Assembly: GCA_045646945.1 (NCBI GenBank)
Contig: JAZRLS010000017.1
Span: forward strand, 4,201 to 68,200
Direction of reading: 5' to 3'
DNA from: Eubacteriales bacterium
GTDB lineage: Bacteria > Bacillota > Clostridia > Oscillospirales > CAG-272
DNA length: 64,000 bases
This document shows positions 1 through 8,110 of this stretch, one piece after another; the stretch's first letter is position 1, and each line of letters starts with the position of its first letter. The translations under genes and the position numbers were made by a program. The notes beneath the pieces were generated by a model that did no database searches, was not told the DNA's origin, and was given only the letters and a program-made list of their open reading frames with translations.

Positions 1-272
1 GCATCTGTGATCATTTTCACGGGTCTGTCCACCATAATCTTTCGACGGATAAAATCAGCGGTTTTGAAAAGCACGGTGATAATGACAACGTTGAGAAAAG
101 TGATCTTTGCCGCATCCGCGATATTATCGGGGGTGTAAACGAGTCCCATTTCTGTTGATAACACCCTCAAGAAGAGCATCATACAGCAAGACACCACAAA
201 TCCTACCGACAGAAAGAACAAAAGAAAGCTGCTAAACTCCCGAAGCATTCTTTGAAAGGTCGGCTTTTTCAT
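1..272 (-). CDS. Sensor histidine kinase, N-terminal fragment (gene runs off the left edge)
   Basis: Not in the ORF track because there is no stop in the window. The minus-strand ATG at 272..270 gives MKKPTFQRMLREFSSFLLFFLSVGFVVSCCMMLFL..., a hydrophobic TM start. The ATG overlaps the TGA of the upstream response regulator (ATGA). Kinase identity is inferred from position only. Confidence 0.45.
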   Translation of the reverse strand, partial: MKKPTFQRMLREFSSFLLFFLSVGFVVSCCMMLFLRVLSTEMGLVYTPDNIADAAKITFLNVVIITVLFKTADFIRRKIMVDRPVKMITD

Positions 273-940
273 TGGATCACCGCCTTGTATCCAAGACCGT
301 GTACGGTCTGAATTTCAAAGGAGTCGCAATCCGAAAGCTTCGCGCGGAGCTTGGTCATATATACGTCCACCGTTCGCGTGCTCGTCTGCGTATCCACGTC
401 CCAAAACTCGTCCATCAGCTGTGTGCGCGTGAAGGTCTTTTTCGGATAGGACAAGAGCTTGTAAAGAAGGTCGAATTCTCTTGCCGTAAGAGAGATTTCC
501 TCCCCGTCGAGGGTTGCGCTTCTCTCATCCGCATCCATCACGAAATTGCCAACCTCAAGGCGACGGCTCGAGGCAATCTTCGAACGGCGAAGAAGCGCGC
601 CGATTCTCAAAAAAAGCTCGTCAAGGTCAATGGGCTTGGTCATATAATCGTCGATCCCAATGCGAAAACCTCTCTGCTTGGACGCGAAATCGTCACGGGC
701 GGTCATAAACAGGATCGGAATATCGTTGTTGAGCGAGCGCACAGTCTTGGCAAACTCAAAGCCATCGATATTCGGCATCATAATATCCGATACGATACAG
801 TCGAAGGTGGTCTTGTACATCTCGTCGTAAGCACTTTCGGCATCAAGGCAGCCAATCGCTTCATATCCCGAATTATTCAGAAAAGAACATACGGAACGGT
901 TCAGATCTCTGTCGTCCTCCACAATTAAAATTTTGAACAT
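269..940 (-). CDS. OmpR/PhoB-family response regulator
   Basis: ORF 269..952. Receiver motifs (MFKILIVEDD, SDIMMP) and a C-terminal winged helix (RTVDVYMTKLRAKL, GLGYK). Start moved to ATG 940, with GGAGGG 4 nt upstream. The track start is a TTG inside that RBS. Confidence 0.9.
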   Translation of the reverse strand: MFKILIVEDDRDLNRSVCSFLNNSGYEAIGCLDAESAYDEMYKTTFDCIVSDIMMPNIDGFEFAKTVRSLNNDIPILFMTARDDFASKQRGFRIGIDDYMTKPIDLDELFLRIGALLRRSKIASSRRLEVGNFVMDADERSATLDGEEISLTAREFDLLYKLLSYPKKTFTRTQLMDEFWDVDTQTSTRTVDVYMTKLRAKLSDCDSFEIQTVHGLGYKAVIQ

Positions 941-1029
941 AGTACCCTCCAAAAGAAAATTTTGGGATTTTACAGCTTCATTATATCACGAAATTGTTAA
1001 AGTTTTGTTTGCGTTTTTCATTTTTTCAA

Positions 1030-1080
1030 AAAAATCTCAGGCAAAGCCAAAATTTTGGCGTTGCCTGAGGTGTTTTTTAT
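1030..1080 (-). terminator. Rho-independent terminator after the ABC genes
   Basis: Stem CTCAGGCAA (1036..1044) pairs with TTGCCTGAG (1061..1069). T-runs lie on both strands. Confidence 0.65.
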
Positions 1081-1889
1081 ACAAGGCTCGTCTTTTTGAG
1101 AACGACCTTGCTAATCGCTCCAAGCCCGAATGCAAACAATGCACCGCCTGCCGCACAGAGAGCAACGTTCACAAAGGTAGAGGAAAGAGGCGTGATCATC
1201 GAAACCATCATAAAGAGGAGCATACCGCCGCCGAGCGAGCCGCAGATCGAAAGCCATGCCTTCTGCTTTGCCGCCACGCTGATGAGCGTAAAGATCGAAA
1301 CGAAAACAAGCATTAGGAATACTTTTGCAAGCATACACATAACGAGATTTCCTGCGCCGAGTCCGTGAAGATCAAAGGAAAGCCCCGAGATCGCACCGCC
1401 GAGGATGGAACCGACAAAGTATGCGATCAGCATAAGTGCTCCGCAAACAAAGCCTGCGCTCGTTTTGGAAATCACATATTCGCTCCGTTTTGCACGAACG
1501 GTAAAGAGATTTTTGGCATATCCGCTTCGGAAATCGTCGGATATAAAGAGACATACGAAAACGGCAACCGCCATAAACATCATGTTGATATTGCACATCA
1601 TAAAGATCTCGTCGCCGCCCAGAGGCTCACCGGAAAGCGTTCCGATATTCTGCCAAGCGTTTTCAGGGCCTTGCATAATGGTTTCCTCTCCTGTTTGCGG
1701 ATTCACCGAAACAGAGCCATCCATCATCGACATCATAACGGTCATGAGGATCGGCATGACAAGTGCGCAGGCAATCAGGATGTAAAACAATTTGGACTTA
1801 AACATTCTGCGAAAATCAACCTTTAGCATACTTTTCACCCGCTTAACAAAGCTGACTTTTTCAAATTTCATTGTCTTATCCATTCTCAT
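1077..1889 (-). CDS. ABC-2 type transporter permease (copy 2)
   Basis: 270-aa ORF with about 6 hydrophobic segments. Its start overlaps the upstream ATPase stop by 4 nt. Paralogous in layout to 2800..3639. Confidence 0.8.
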   Translation of the reverse strand: MRMDKTMKFEKVSFVKRVKSMLKVDFRRMFKSKLFYILIACALVMPILMTVMMSMMDGSVSVNPQTGEETIMQGPENAWQNIGTLSGEPLGGDEIFMMCNINMMFMAVAVFVCLFISDDFRSGYAKNLFTVRAKRSEYVISKTSAGFVCGALMLIAYFVGSILGGAISGLSFDLHGLGAGNLVMCMLAKVFLMLVFVSIFTLISVAAKQKAWLSICGSLGGGMLLFMMVSMITPLSSTFVNVALCAAGGALFAFGLGAISKVVLKKTSLV

Positions 1890-2785
1890 TTGCCTCCCTT
1901 CATCAAGTCAATGTAGTATTCCTCAAGTCCGATCTTGTCGGTCTTGATTTCGGTGACGCAAATTCCGTTTTCATAGAGATACGTCACGATTTCTTCGGGA
2001 GTTGTCAGATCGTACACACGAAGATATCCTTCCTCGTCCTCTTCCACGCGGGAATACTTACAGCCAAGGAGCATCTTGGTTCTGTTCATTTCAGCCGATT
2101 GCAATGCCACGTAGGTGCGACAGCTTGCGTCAAGCTCGTCCGCCGTCATTTCCACGATCATTTTTCCGTGACGGATAATGCCGTAGTGCGTTGCTACCTT
2201 CTGAAGCTCTCCGAGTAGGTGTGAGGACACGATGATACTGCGCGTTCCGTCCTTAATGATATCAAGGAACACCTCACGCATAATTCTCATACCGTCTGCA
2301 TCAAGACCGTTCAGCGGCTCGTCGAGAACCAAAAGCGTGGGATCGCCGAGAAGCGCCATAGCAATACCGACTCTCTGCTTCATACCGAGTGAGCAGTTCT
2401 TGTATTTATTGCCTGCCGCACCCTCCATTCTGACCATTTTGAGAACCTTGATTACTTCCTGCTCAGCATTCGGAATGCTGAGATTAGACGCCTGAAGCAT
2501 CATATTATCAAACACGGTGAGCCCGGGAAAGCATCCGGGGGATTCGATCAAAACACCCATTGTTGCTCTTACGCTCTCGTCGGTATAGTCCTTGCCGTAA
2601 AGCTTGATCGAGCCGCCGCTTGTGGGAATCAGTCCGCAGATCATCTTTTCGGTAGTAGATTTACCACTTCCGTTTTCTCCGATAAAGCCGTAGATCGCGC
2701 CCATCGGAACGGTCATATTAAGACCGCAAACAGCTTGCTTGGGGCCGAAGTTTTTAGATAAACTTTTAATTTCGACTGCGTTCAT
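1886..2785 (-). CDS. ABC transporter ATP-binding protein, LanF/BcrA-like (copy 2)
   Basis: Walker A GENGSGKST, signature CSLGMKQR, Walker B LLVLDEP. Start set to ATG 2785 (MNAVEIK), preceded by GGGGG. This avoids overlap with the upstream permease. Confidence 0.9.
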   Translation of the reverse strand: MNAVEIKSLSKNFGPKQAVCGLNMTVPMGAIYGFIGENGSGKSTTEKMICGLIPTSGGSIKLYGKDYTDESVRATMGVLIESPGCFPGLTVFDNMMLQASNLSIPNAEQEVIKVLKMVRMEGAAGNKYKNCSLGMKQRVGIAMALLGDPTLLVLDEPLNGLDADGMRIMREVFLDIIKDGTRSIIVSSHLLGELQKVATHYGIIRHGKMIVEMTADELDASCRTYVALQSAEMNRTKMLLGCKYSRVEEDEEGYLRVYDLTTPEEIVTYLYENGICVTEIKTDKIGLEEYYIDLMKGGK

Positions 2786-2799
2786 TTTTCTGCCCCCTT

Positions 2800-3639
2800 T
2801 TAATATACGTCGCACTGATTCAGAAGTCTTGTGCCTGCCACGTTATAGATCACCGCCCAAGCAACCGATACTACAATGCAGATCAGCAAAGAAACGATTC
2901 CGCTGGAAAGGTTGGCATTGACCGACGCACCGTAAAGGAAGATGTTGAGAAAGCTCGTAGGAAGCTTGAGACTCTCCACGATTGCCGCCGCACCGATAAT
3001 CAGAATTCCCGTACCGAAGAAGAAGGACGATGCCACGGAAATACCGAAATATCTTCGGAAGATCACGTTTAAGAAGGTGTAAAGGCTTGCCCAACCGAGG
3101 GACATAACCACTTTGCCGAGGATAGCGATCACAAGCGAGCCGACGTTCACGTCGGTTTCATATCCGACGAGCAAGCCTGCGACCGTGCCGCCGATGAGAT
3201 ACGTGATACACATACAAGCCATCGCAAAGGCACAAACAAGGCTCTTCGAGATCATATAGTCCTGCTTCTTTGCGTGCGTGGTAAAGAGCTGCTTGACGTA
3301 GCCGCTCTTATAGTCGTGACCAATGAAGATCGACACCATAATACCGCCGAAAATGAACACCATATTCATGTTGGCATAATCAGCGATTCCTTCGATCACG
3401 TAAAGCGATTTGCTTGCGGCAATGATCTGCCAAACGTTTGAATAAAGCGAGATCTGATTTCCGTTTTGATCGGGCATCATGGTCATCGCGGATACCATCG
3501 CAGGGATGATCGCGGCAATGGCAAGGAAGATGTAAAAGAGAGGAGTGTGGAACAGACGATAAAAATCCACTCCGAGCATACCCTTAATTCTGCGAGTAAA
3601 GGTAGGCGATTCAAATTTGATTTCACGTATTGTATTCAT
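2800..3639 (-). CDS. ABC-2 type transporter permease (copy 1)
   Basis: 279-aa multi-TM ORF. TAATG overlap with the upstream ATPase stop. Confidence 0.8.
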   Translation of the reverse strand: MNTIREIKFESPTFTRRIKGMLGVDFYRLFHTPLFYIFLAIAAIIPAMVSAMTMMPDQNGNQISLYSNVWQIIAASKSLYVIEGIADYANMNMVFIFGGIMVSIFIGHDYKSGYVKQLFTTHAKKQDYMISKSLVCAFAMACMCITYLIGGTVAGLLVGYETDVNVGSLVIAILGKVVMSLGWASLYTFLNVIFRRYFGISVASSFFFGTGILIIGAAAIVESLKLPTSFLNIFLYGASVNANLSSGIVSLLICIVVSVAWAVIYNVAGTRLLNQCDVY

Positions 3640-4553
3640 TATTCTGCCTCCTTTTGGTCCGTAGGACGTGACATAAGCTCGATGTAATATTCTTCAAGTC
3701 CGATCTTGTTTCTTGAAATTTCGCTGACAACGTGACCGTTTTTCATTAAAAAGTCAACGATAGCGGCGGTATCGTCAATATCGTAAACGCGGATATATCC
3801 ATCTTCTTCACGAACGTCCCCGTATTGCTTTTTGAGAACGGCTTTCGCGCTCTGCATATCGGCGCATTTCAGTGAGGTAAATACCTGTGCACGACTGTCC
3901 ATCTCCTCGGCGGAAAGCTCCATGATCATCTTGCCTTGACGGATAATTCCGTAGTGTGTAGCAATCTTTTCAAGCTCACCGAGGATATGGGAGGAAATGA
4001 GGACGGTACAACCGTATTTCTTCGTGATATCCACAAGTATTTCTCTCATAATTCGCATACCGTCGGTGTCAAGACCGTTGATGGGCTCGTCGAGAATGAG
4101 AAGCGCGGGATTGCCGAGAAGTGCCATGGCAATTCCGATACGCTGCTTCATACCTAGAGAGCAGCTCTTGAATTTGAGGTTGGCGTTCTCCTCCATACGC
4201 ACGATCTCCAGCACGCGGTGAATTTCCTCGTCTGCGTTCTCGATGCCGAGATTGATGCACTGCATCATCAGGTTCTGATACACCGACGAGCCGGGAAAAC
4301 AGCCTGCATTCTCAATGAGTGCGCCGACTCTCACGCGCACGCCGGGATCGGTAAAGTCTCTGCCGAACAGCTTGATCTCACCGCTGTCGGGAACGAGATG
4401 ACCGCAGATCAGCTTCTCAGTGGTAGATTTACCCGAGCCGTTCTCGCCGATGAAGCCGTAGATCGCGCCCTGAGGAACGGTCATGTTGAGGTGGTCGACC
4501 GCAAACATTGAGCGAAAGCTCTTTGAAAGATTTCTGATTTCAATCGCGTTCAT
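3639..4553 (-). CDS. ABC transporter ATP-binding protein, LanF/BcrA-like (copy 1)
   Basis: Walker A GENGSGKST, CSLGMKQR, Walker B LLILDEP. Aligns along its whole length with the 1886..2785 product. RBS AAAGGAG lies 6 nt upstream. Confidence 0.9.
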   Translation of the reverse strand: MNAIEIRNLSKSFRSMFAVDHLNMTVPQGAIYGFIGENGSGKSTTEKLICGHLVPDSGEIKLFGRDFTDPGVRVRVGALIENAGCFPGSSVYQNLMMQCINLGIENADEEIHRVLEIVRMEENANLKFKSCSLGMKQRIGIAMALLGNPALLILDEPINGLDTDGMRIMREILVDITKKYGCTVLISSHILGELEKIATHYGIIRQGKMIMELSAEEMDSRAQVFTSLKCADMQSAKAVLKKQYGDVREEDGYIRVYDIDDTAAIVDFLMKNGHVVSEISRNKIGLEEYYIELMSRPTDQKEAE

Positions 4554-4577
4554 TTTTAACTCCTTTGTTTTTCTATG

Positions 4578-4646
4578 TCAACGCAACACCGCACCGATTC
4601 CCGCTATGATCAGGGGCTTCTTGTTCTGCGATACTGCCTTTTTCAT
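4578..4646 (-). CDS. Candidate 22-aa small ORF (MKKAVSQNKKPLIIAGIGAVLR)
   Basis: Translated by hand and below the ORF-track cutoff. AAGGAG lies 10 nt upstream of the ATG. It sits 20 nt after the 121-aa gene and 24 nt before the ABC ATPase. Basic N-terminus, hydrophobic C-terminus. Confidence 0.3.
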   Translation of the reverse strand: MKKAVSQNKKPLIIAGIGAVLR

Positions 4647-4666
4647 TTTTCAAGTTCTCCTTGCTT

Positions 4667-5032
4667 TTATTTATTCATAATTTTATCGCTGAGCTTCAGA
4701 ATTTCAGCACCGTACTTCTTCTTGCGCGAATTGAGAATGCCCTGATACATCGGATAAGTGAGAAGTGCCATACCAAGCCCCAGAACACCGATTGCGATTC
4801 CGGGAACAAATGAACTCGTGATACCGATGGCAGCACCGATATCGGTCATCACAAGGCTCATTCCCGCGCCCATAATAACCGCGGAAATGCTTCCAAATAC
4901 GTATGCAAATACGTTTGCGGGACGCTTTACCTTGGCATCAAGCTCGCGGAGCGCGTCAAGCTCGGAGGGAGTCTTTTCCATGTACTGTGTGCGAATTTTC
5001 TGTGCTATAAACTGCTGATCGTTCTGATTCAT
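4667..5032 (-). CDS. Small membrane protein, function unknown
   Basis: 121-aa ORF with a soluble N-terminal half and two C-terminal hydrophobic segments (FAYVFGSISAVIMGAGMSLV, VPGIAIGVLGLGMALL). No family recognised. Confidence 0.6.
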   Translation of the reverse strand: MNQNDQQFIAQKIRTQYMEKTPSELDALRELDAKVKRPANVFAYVFGSISAVIMGAGMSLVMTDIGAAIGITSSFVPGIAIGVLGLGMALLTYPMYQGILNSRKKKYGAEILKLSDKIMNK

Positions 5033-5153
5033 AATCCATTACCTCTCTGTGTCTGTGTTTTGATTTTGTGATTATATGATAACAATCGTTTGTTTTTGAT
5101 TTTTTTGCGAAATGTTTCCAAAATGTTATAAAATCAAATCTGCAACAAAAAAC

Positions 5154-5190
5154 AAAAAAGGATAGGTTTTTGCGCCTATCCTTTTTTGTT
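5154..5190 (-). terminator. Rho-independent terminator
   Basis: AAGGATAGG (5158..5166) pairs with CCTATCCTT (5175..5183), followed by a T-run on the minus strand. Lies directly after the oxidoreductase stop. Confidence 0.75.
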
Positions 5191-5194
5191 TTTT

Positions 5195-6499
5195 TCATTG
5201 AATGGATTGATGATCCTCCGTGGCGGGATTATCGATCAACTCACCGTGTTCGGTGAATCGAGAACCGTGGCAGGGACAATCCCACGTGTGCTCGGCACGG
5301 TTGTATTTGAGAGCGCAGCCGAGGTGTGGGCATCGGGGTGCGGTGGGTGTCAGAAGTCCGAGGGTAGACTCAAAAGCGTTTACCGCAAGCTGTGGATAAA
5401 GAACCGTGCGCGAAGGATCGAAAACGTCGGCATAGGAATTGGATTTTCCTCTGATAAGATCGCAGAGAATGTCGGCGGCAACCATTGCATTTGTTATGCC
5501 CCATTTGTTAAAGCCCGTTGCCACAAACACGTCGGGCGTGGATTTAGAATATTGACCGATATAAGGAATATCGTCCAGCGTCATACAGTCCTGCGTAGCC
5601 CATTTGGCGACGACCTCGGCATTTTTGTAGTGCTTGTTGGCGAAGTCCTCCAGCTCCTGCCAACAACCGCCTTGCTTGCCCGTGCGGTGTCCGCCGCCGC
5701 CGAGGAGCAAAAGATCGCCGTAACTGCGAAAGGACAGACCCGTGTCCGATTCGTCCACGTACATTCCGCTGACGTTCTGCGCGCCACGCAAAGCAATCAC
5801 ATAGGAACGGTGCTGATAGAGCTTCAAGGGAAAAAGTCCGTGCTTATTGAGCATCGGAAAATGCGTTGCGATGATCAGCTTTTTATAGGTGATCTCACCG
5901 TGATTGGTTTTCGCCTTGTGCGGCATCAGCTCCACGACCTTTGTATGCTCGTAGATCGGCAGATCTTTTGCGATATTATATAGAAATTTCAAGGGGTGAA
6001 ACTGCGCTTGATCTTTGACACACACAGCGCCCACAACCTTGAAAGGAAGCTCTTTTGCCTCCGAAAGCTCTGCTTTCACACCGATACGGTTCAGGGCGGT
6101 GACCTCCTTTTCAATTTTCTTGCGGTCATGGAAGGAATAGACGTAGGAATCCCTTGTTTCATAGTCGCAATCGATTTTCTCACAAAGCCGTGCATACTCC
6201 TCTCTCGCTTTTGTCTGTGCCTCAACGTACCTCCGTGATTTCTCGATGCCAAAGCGTTTGATCATCGTATCGTAAATCAATCCATGCTGCAAAGTAATCT
6301 TTGCGGTGGTGTTTTTGGTGATACCGCCGCAGATCTCGGTCGCCTCCACCAACAGACAATCCACGCCCGCGTTTTTCAGCTGATCAGCGCACAAAATCCC
6401 CGCAATTCCGCCGCCAATAATCAAAACGTCGGTACCTTTGTTTTCTTTCAATGTGTCAAATCGCACTCTCTGTGCATCTTTTTTCCAAATTGATTCCAT
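5195..6499 (-). CDS. FAD-dependent oxidoreductase fused to a C-terminal Rieske [2Fe-2S] domain (YhfW-like)
   Basis: N-terminal dinucleotide fold DVLIIGGGIAGI. C-terminal Rieske motif CPHLGC...CPCHGS. Start moved to ATG 6499 (MESIWKK), with GGAGGA 5 nt upstream. Confidence 0.85.
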   Translation of the reverse strand: MESIWKKDAQRVRFDTLKENKGTDVLIIGGGIAGILCADQLKNAGVDCLLVEATEICGGITKNTTAKITLQHGLIYDTMIKRFGIEKSRRYVEAQTKAREEYARLCEKIDCDYETRDSYVYSFHDRKKIEKEVTALNRIGVKAELSEAKELPFKVVGAVCVKDQAQFHPLKFLYNIAKDLPIYEHTKVVELMPHKAKTNHGEITYKKLIIATHFPMLNKHGLFPLKLYQHRSYVIALRGAQNVSGMYVDESDTGLSFRSYGDLLLLGGGGHRTGKQGGCWQELEDFANKHYKNAEVVAKWATQDCMTLDDIPYIGQYSKSTPDVFVATGFNKWGITNAMVAADILCDLIRGKSNSYADVFDPSRTVLYPQLAVNAFESTLGLLTPTAPRCPHLGCALKYNRAEHTWDCPCHGSRFTEHGELIDNPATEDHQSIQ

Positions 6500-6607
6500 A
6501 GTTATCCTCCGTGCTTTCCTATGATTAGCTTTTGTCGTTTTCATAGCGGCTATACGTATATTGACGCGCATTTTACCAAACACTAAAAAGAAACGGTTGG
6601 AGTTAAT

Positions 6608-7303
6608 ATGGAAATAATCAAGGTCATACTAACGGCTCTGCTTTCGGTAGCGTCGTTGTTTATCATTACAAAAATCATGGGACACAAGCAGGTGGCACAG
6701 CTCGACTTTTTCGACTATGTCAGCGGCATCACCATCGGCTCGATCGGCGCGGAGCTTGCCACTGAGATTGAGAAGCCGTACAAGCCGTTGATCGCCCTTG
6801 CCATTTACGGTCTTGCTTCGCTTCTTTTGAATTTGCTTGCCCATAAAATTCCGCGCACACGCAAGTATATCAACGGAACGCCGACGATACTCATGAATGA
6901 CGGAAAGCTCTATCGAAAGAATCTCAAGCAGGCGAAGCTTGACTTGTCCGAGTTTATGCTTCTTTGTCGGGAGCAGGGGTATTTTGACCTTGACGAGATT
7001 CAGACTGCGATCTTCGAGCACAACGGAAAGCTATCGATTCTGCCCAAGGCGGCAAACCGTCCCGCAACACCCGAGGACCTAAAGATTACGGCAAAAGCGA
7101 CGCATATTGGCGTGGAGGTCATTATGGACGGACGCATAATGGGCGAGAATCTTTCTCGCATAGGGCGAGACGTGAATTGGCTGACAAAGCAGTTAAAAAT
7201 CCAGGGATGCAAGGATGCGAAAGAGATCTTTCTCGGCATCTATCGTCCCGAGGAAGATCAACTAACACTATACCGAAACGGGGAGTATGTCAGTTTTGTG
7301 TGA
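6608..7303 (+). CDS. DUF421/YetF-family membrane protein
   Basis: N-terminal TM helices plus the LDFFDYVSGITIGSI motif typical of YetF-like proteins. 231 aa. Confidence 0.75.
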   Translation: MEIIKVILTALLSVASLFIITKIMGHKQVAQLDFFDYVSGITIGSIGAELATEIEKPYKPLIALAIYGLASLLLNLLAHKIPRTRKYINGTPTILMNDGKLYRKNLKQAKLDLSEFMLLCREQGYFDLDEIQTAIFEHNGKLSILPKAANRPATPEDLKITAKATHIGVEVIMDGRIMGENLSRIGRDVNWLTKQLKIQGCKDAKEIFLGIYRPEEDQLTLYRNGEYVSFV

Positions 7304-7308
7304 GACTG

Positions 7309-7345
7309 AAAAACAGCGGTGAACAGAAATGCTCACCGCTGTTTT
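7309..7345. terminator. Bidirectional terminator between convergent genes
   Basis: AAAACAGCGGTGA pairs with TCACCGCTGTTTT, with A/T runs on both sides. Confidence 0.8.
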
Positions 7346-7350
7346 GGAAT

Positions 7351-8073
7351 TTATTCCGCTAATTCATAGTTCACAAACAACCGTCGCTGACAGTATTCGG
7401 TCGCATTCGGATCTTTTCCAAAATTTTGATACACGTCTTGCGAAACGTTTTCATTCACAAAGCGCAATCGAACTGTCAGCTGTATACTCTCCGAGGACTG
7501 CAAGGTTACCCCCTGCCCTTCCTCCTCATAAATGATCAGTTCCACACGGTTGGGGGTGCCCTCGTTCAAGGTCAACAAACGTTGCTCTGTCGGCGTCGCT
7601 TGCGGCGTTTGATTGATTGCCAGCACCGCCGCACTCAACTGTGTACCAAGATAATAGGAGGTTTGGTCCACGACGCGCGCACTTTCTTCGTCCTCTGTCG
7701 GCGCGCAAAAACCAACCGAATTGATGAAAATCGTATCGCTTCCTTCATTGGTAATCTTCAACTCAAAAAACGCCGAATATCCCGGATACCAGACGTCCGA
7801 TTCCAAAAAATTCAACGTCTCGTCCCGTCGGATCTCCGAAAATTCACCGACCTCCAGCGTTTGCGTATCACACCGTGCATACTCCACCTTCAGCGGATAT
7901 TTTTTTGCGCCAACCCCCATGCCCGAGCCTTGTACCTGATCATTCTTGGAAAACCAAGAAAAAGAAAAGTGCGGTAGTAAAACAATACAAAAGCAAATCA
8001 AGCAAAGAAGACTGCTCATAGAAATCACACTGTATATCATTTTCTTTTTCGGCGATGACATTTTTTCTCCCAT
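7351..8073 (-). CDS. Secreted protein with TasA/camelysin-like N-terminal motif (third gene of operon)
   Basis: TM/signal segment followed by FSFSWFSKNDQVQGSGMGVGA. A later stretch, WYPGYSAFFELKITNEGS, resembles the TasA LKPGD...NNGS strand. Start set to ATG 8073, with AAGGAG 7 nt upstream. Confidence 0.7.
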   Translation of the reverse strand: MGEKMSSPKKKMIYSVISMSSLLCLICFCIVLLPHFSFSWFSKNDQVQGSGMGVGAKKYPLKVEYARCDTQTLEVGEFSEIRRDETLNFLESDVWYPGYSAFFELKITNEGSDTIFINSVGFCAPTEDEESARVVDQTSYYLGTQLSAAVLAINQTPQATPTEQRLLTLNEGTPNRVELIIYEEEGQGVTLQSSESIQLTVRLRFVNENVSQDVYQNFGKDPNATEYCQRRLFVNYELAE

Positions 8074-8110
8074 CAGCAATCTCCTTTCGTTGATATTGTT
8101 CGGTTAGCGT

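Noticed and set aside
933-1316. 127-aa plus-strand ORF spanning the RR-permease intergenic region and the permease 3' end.
   Set aside because: It crosses a terminator hairpin and runs antisense into the permease gene. It has no RBS.
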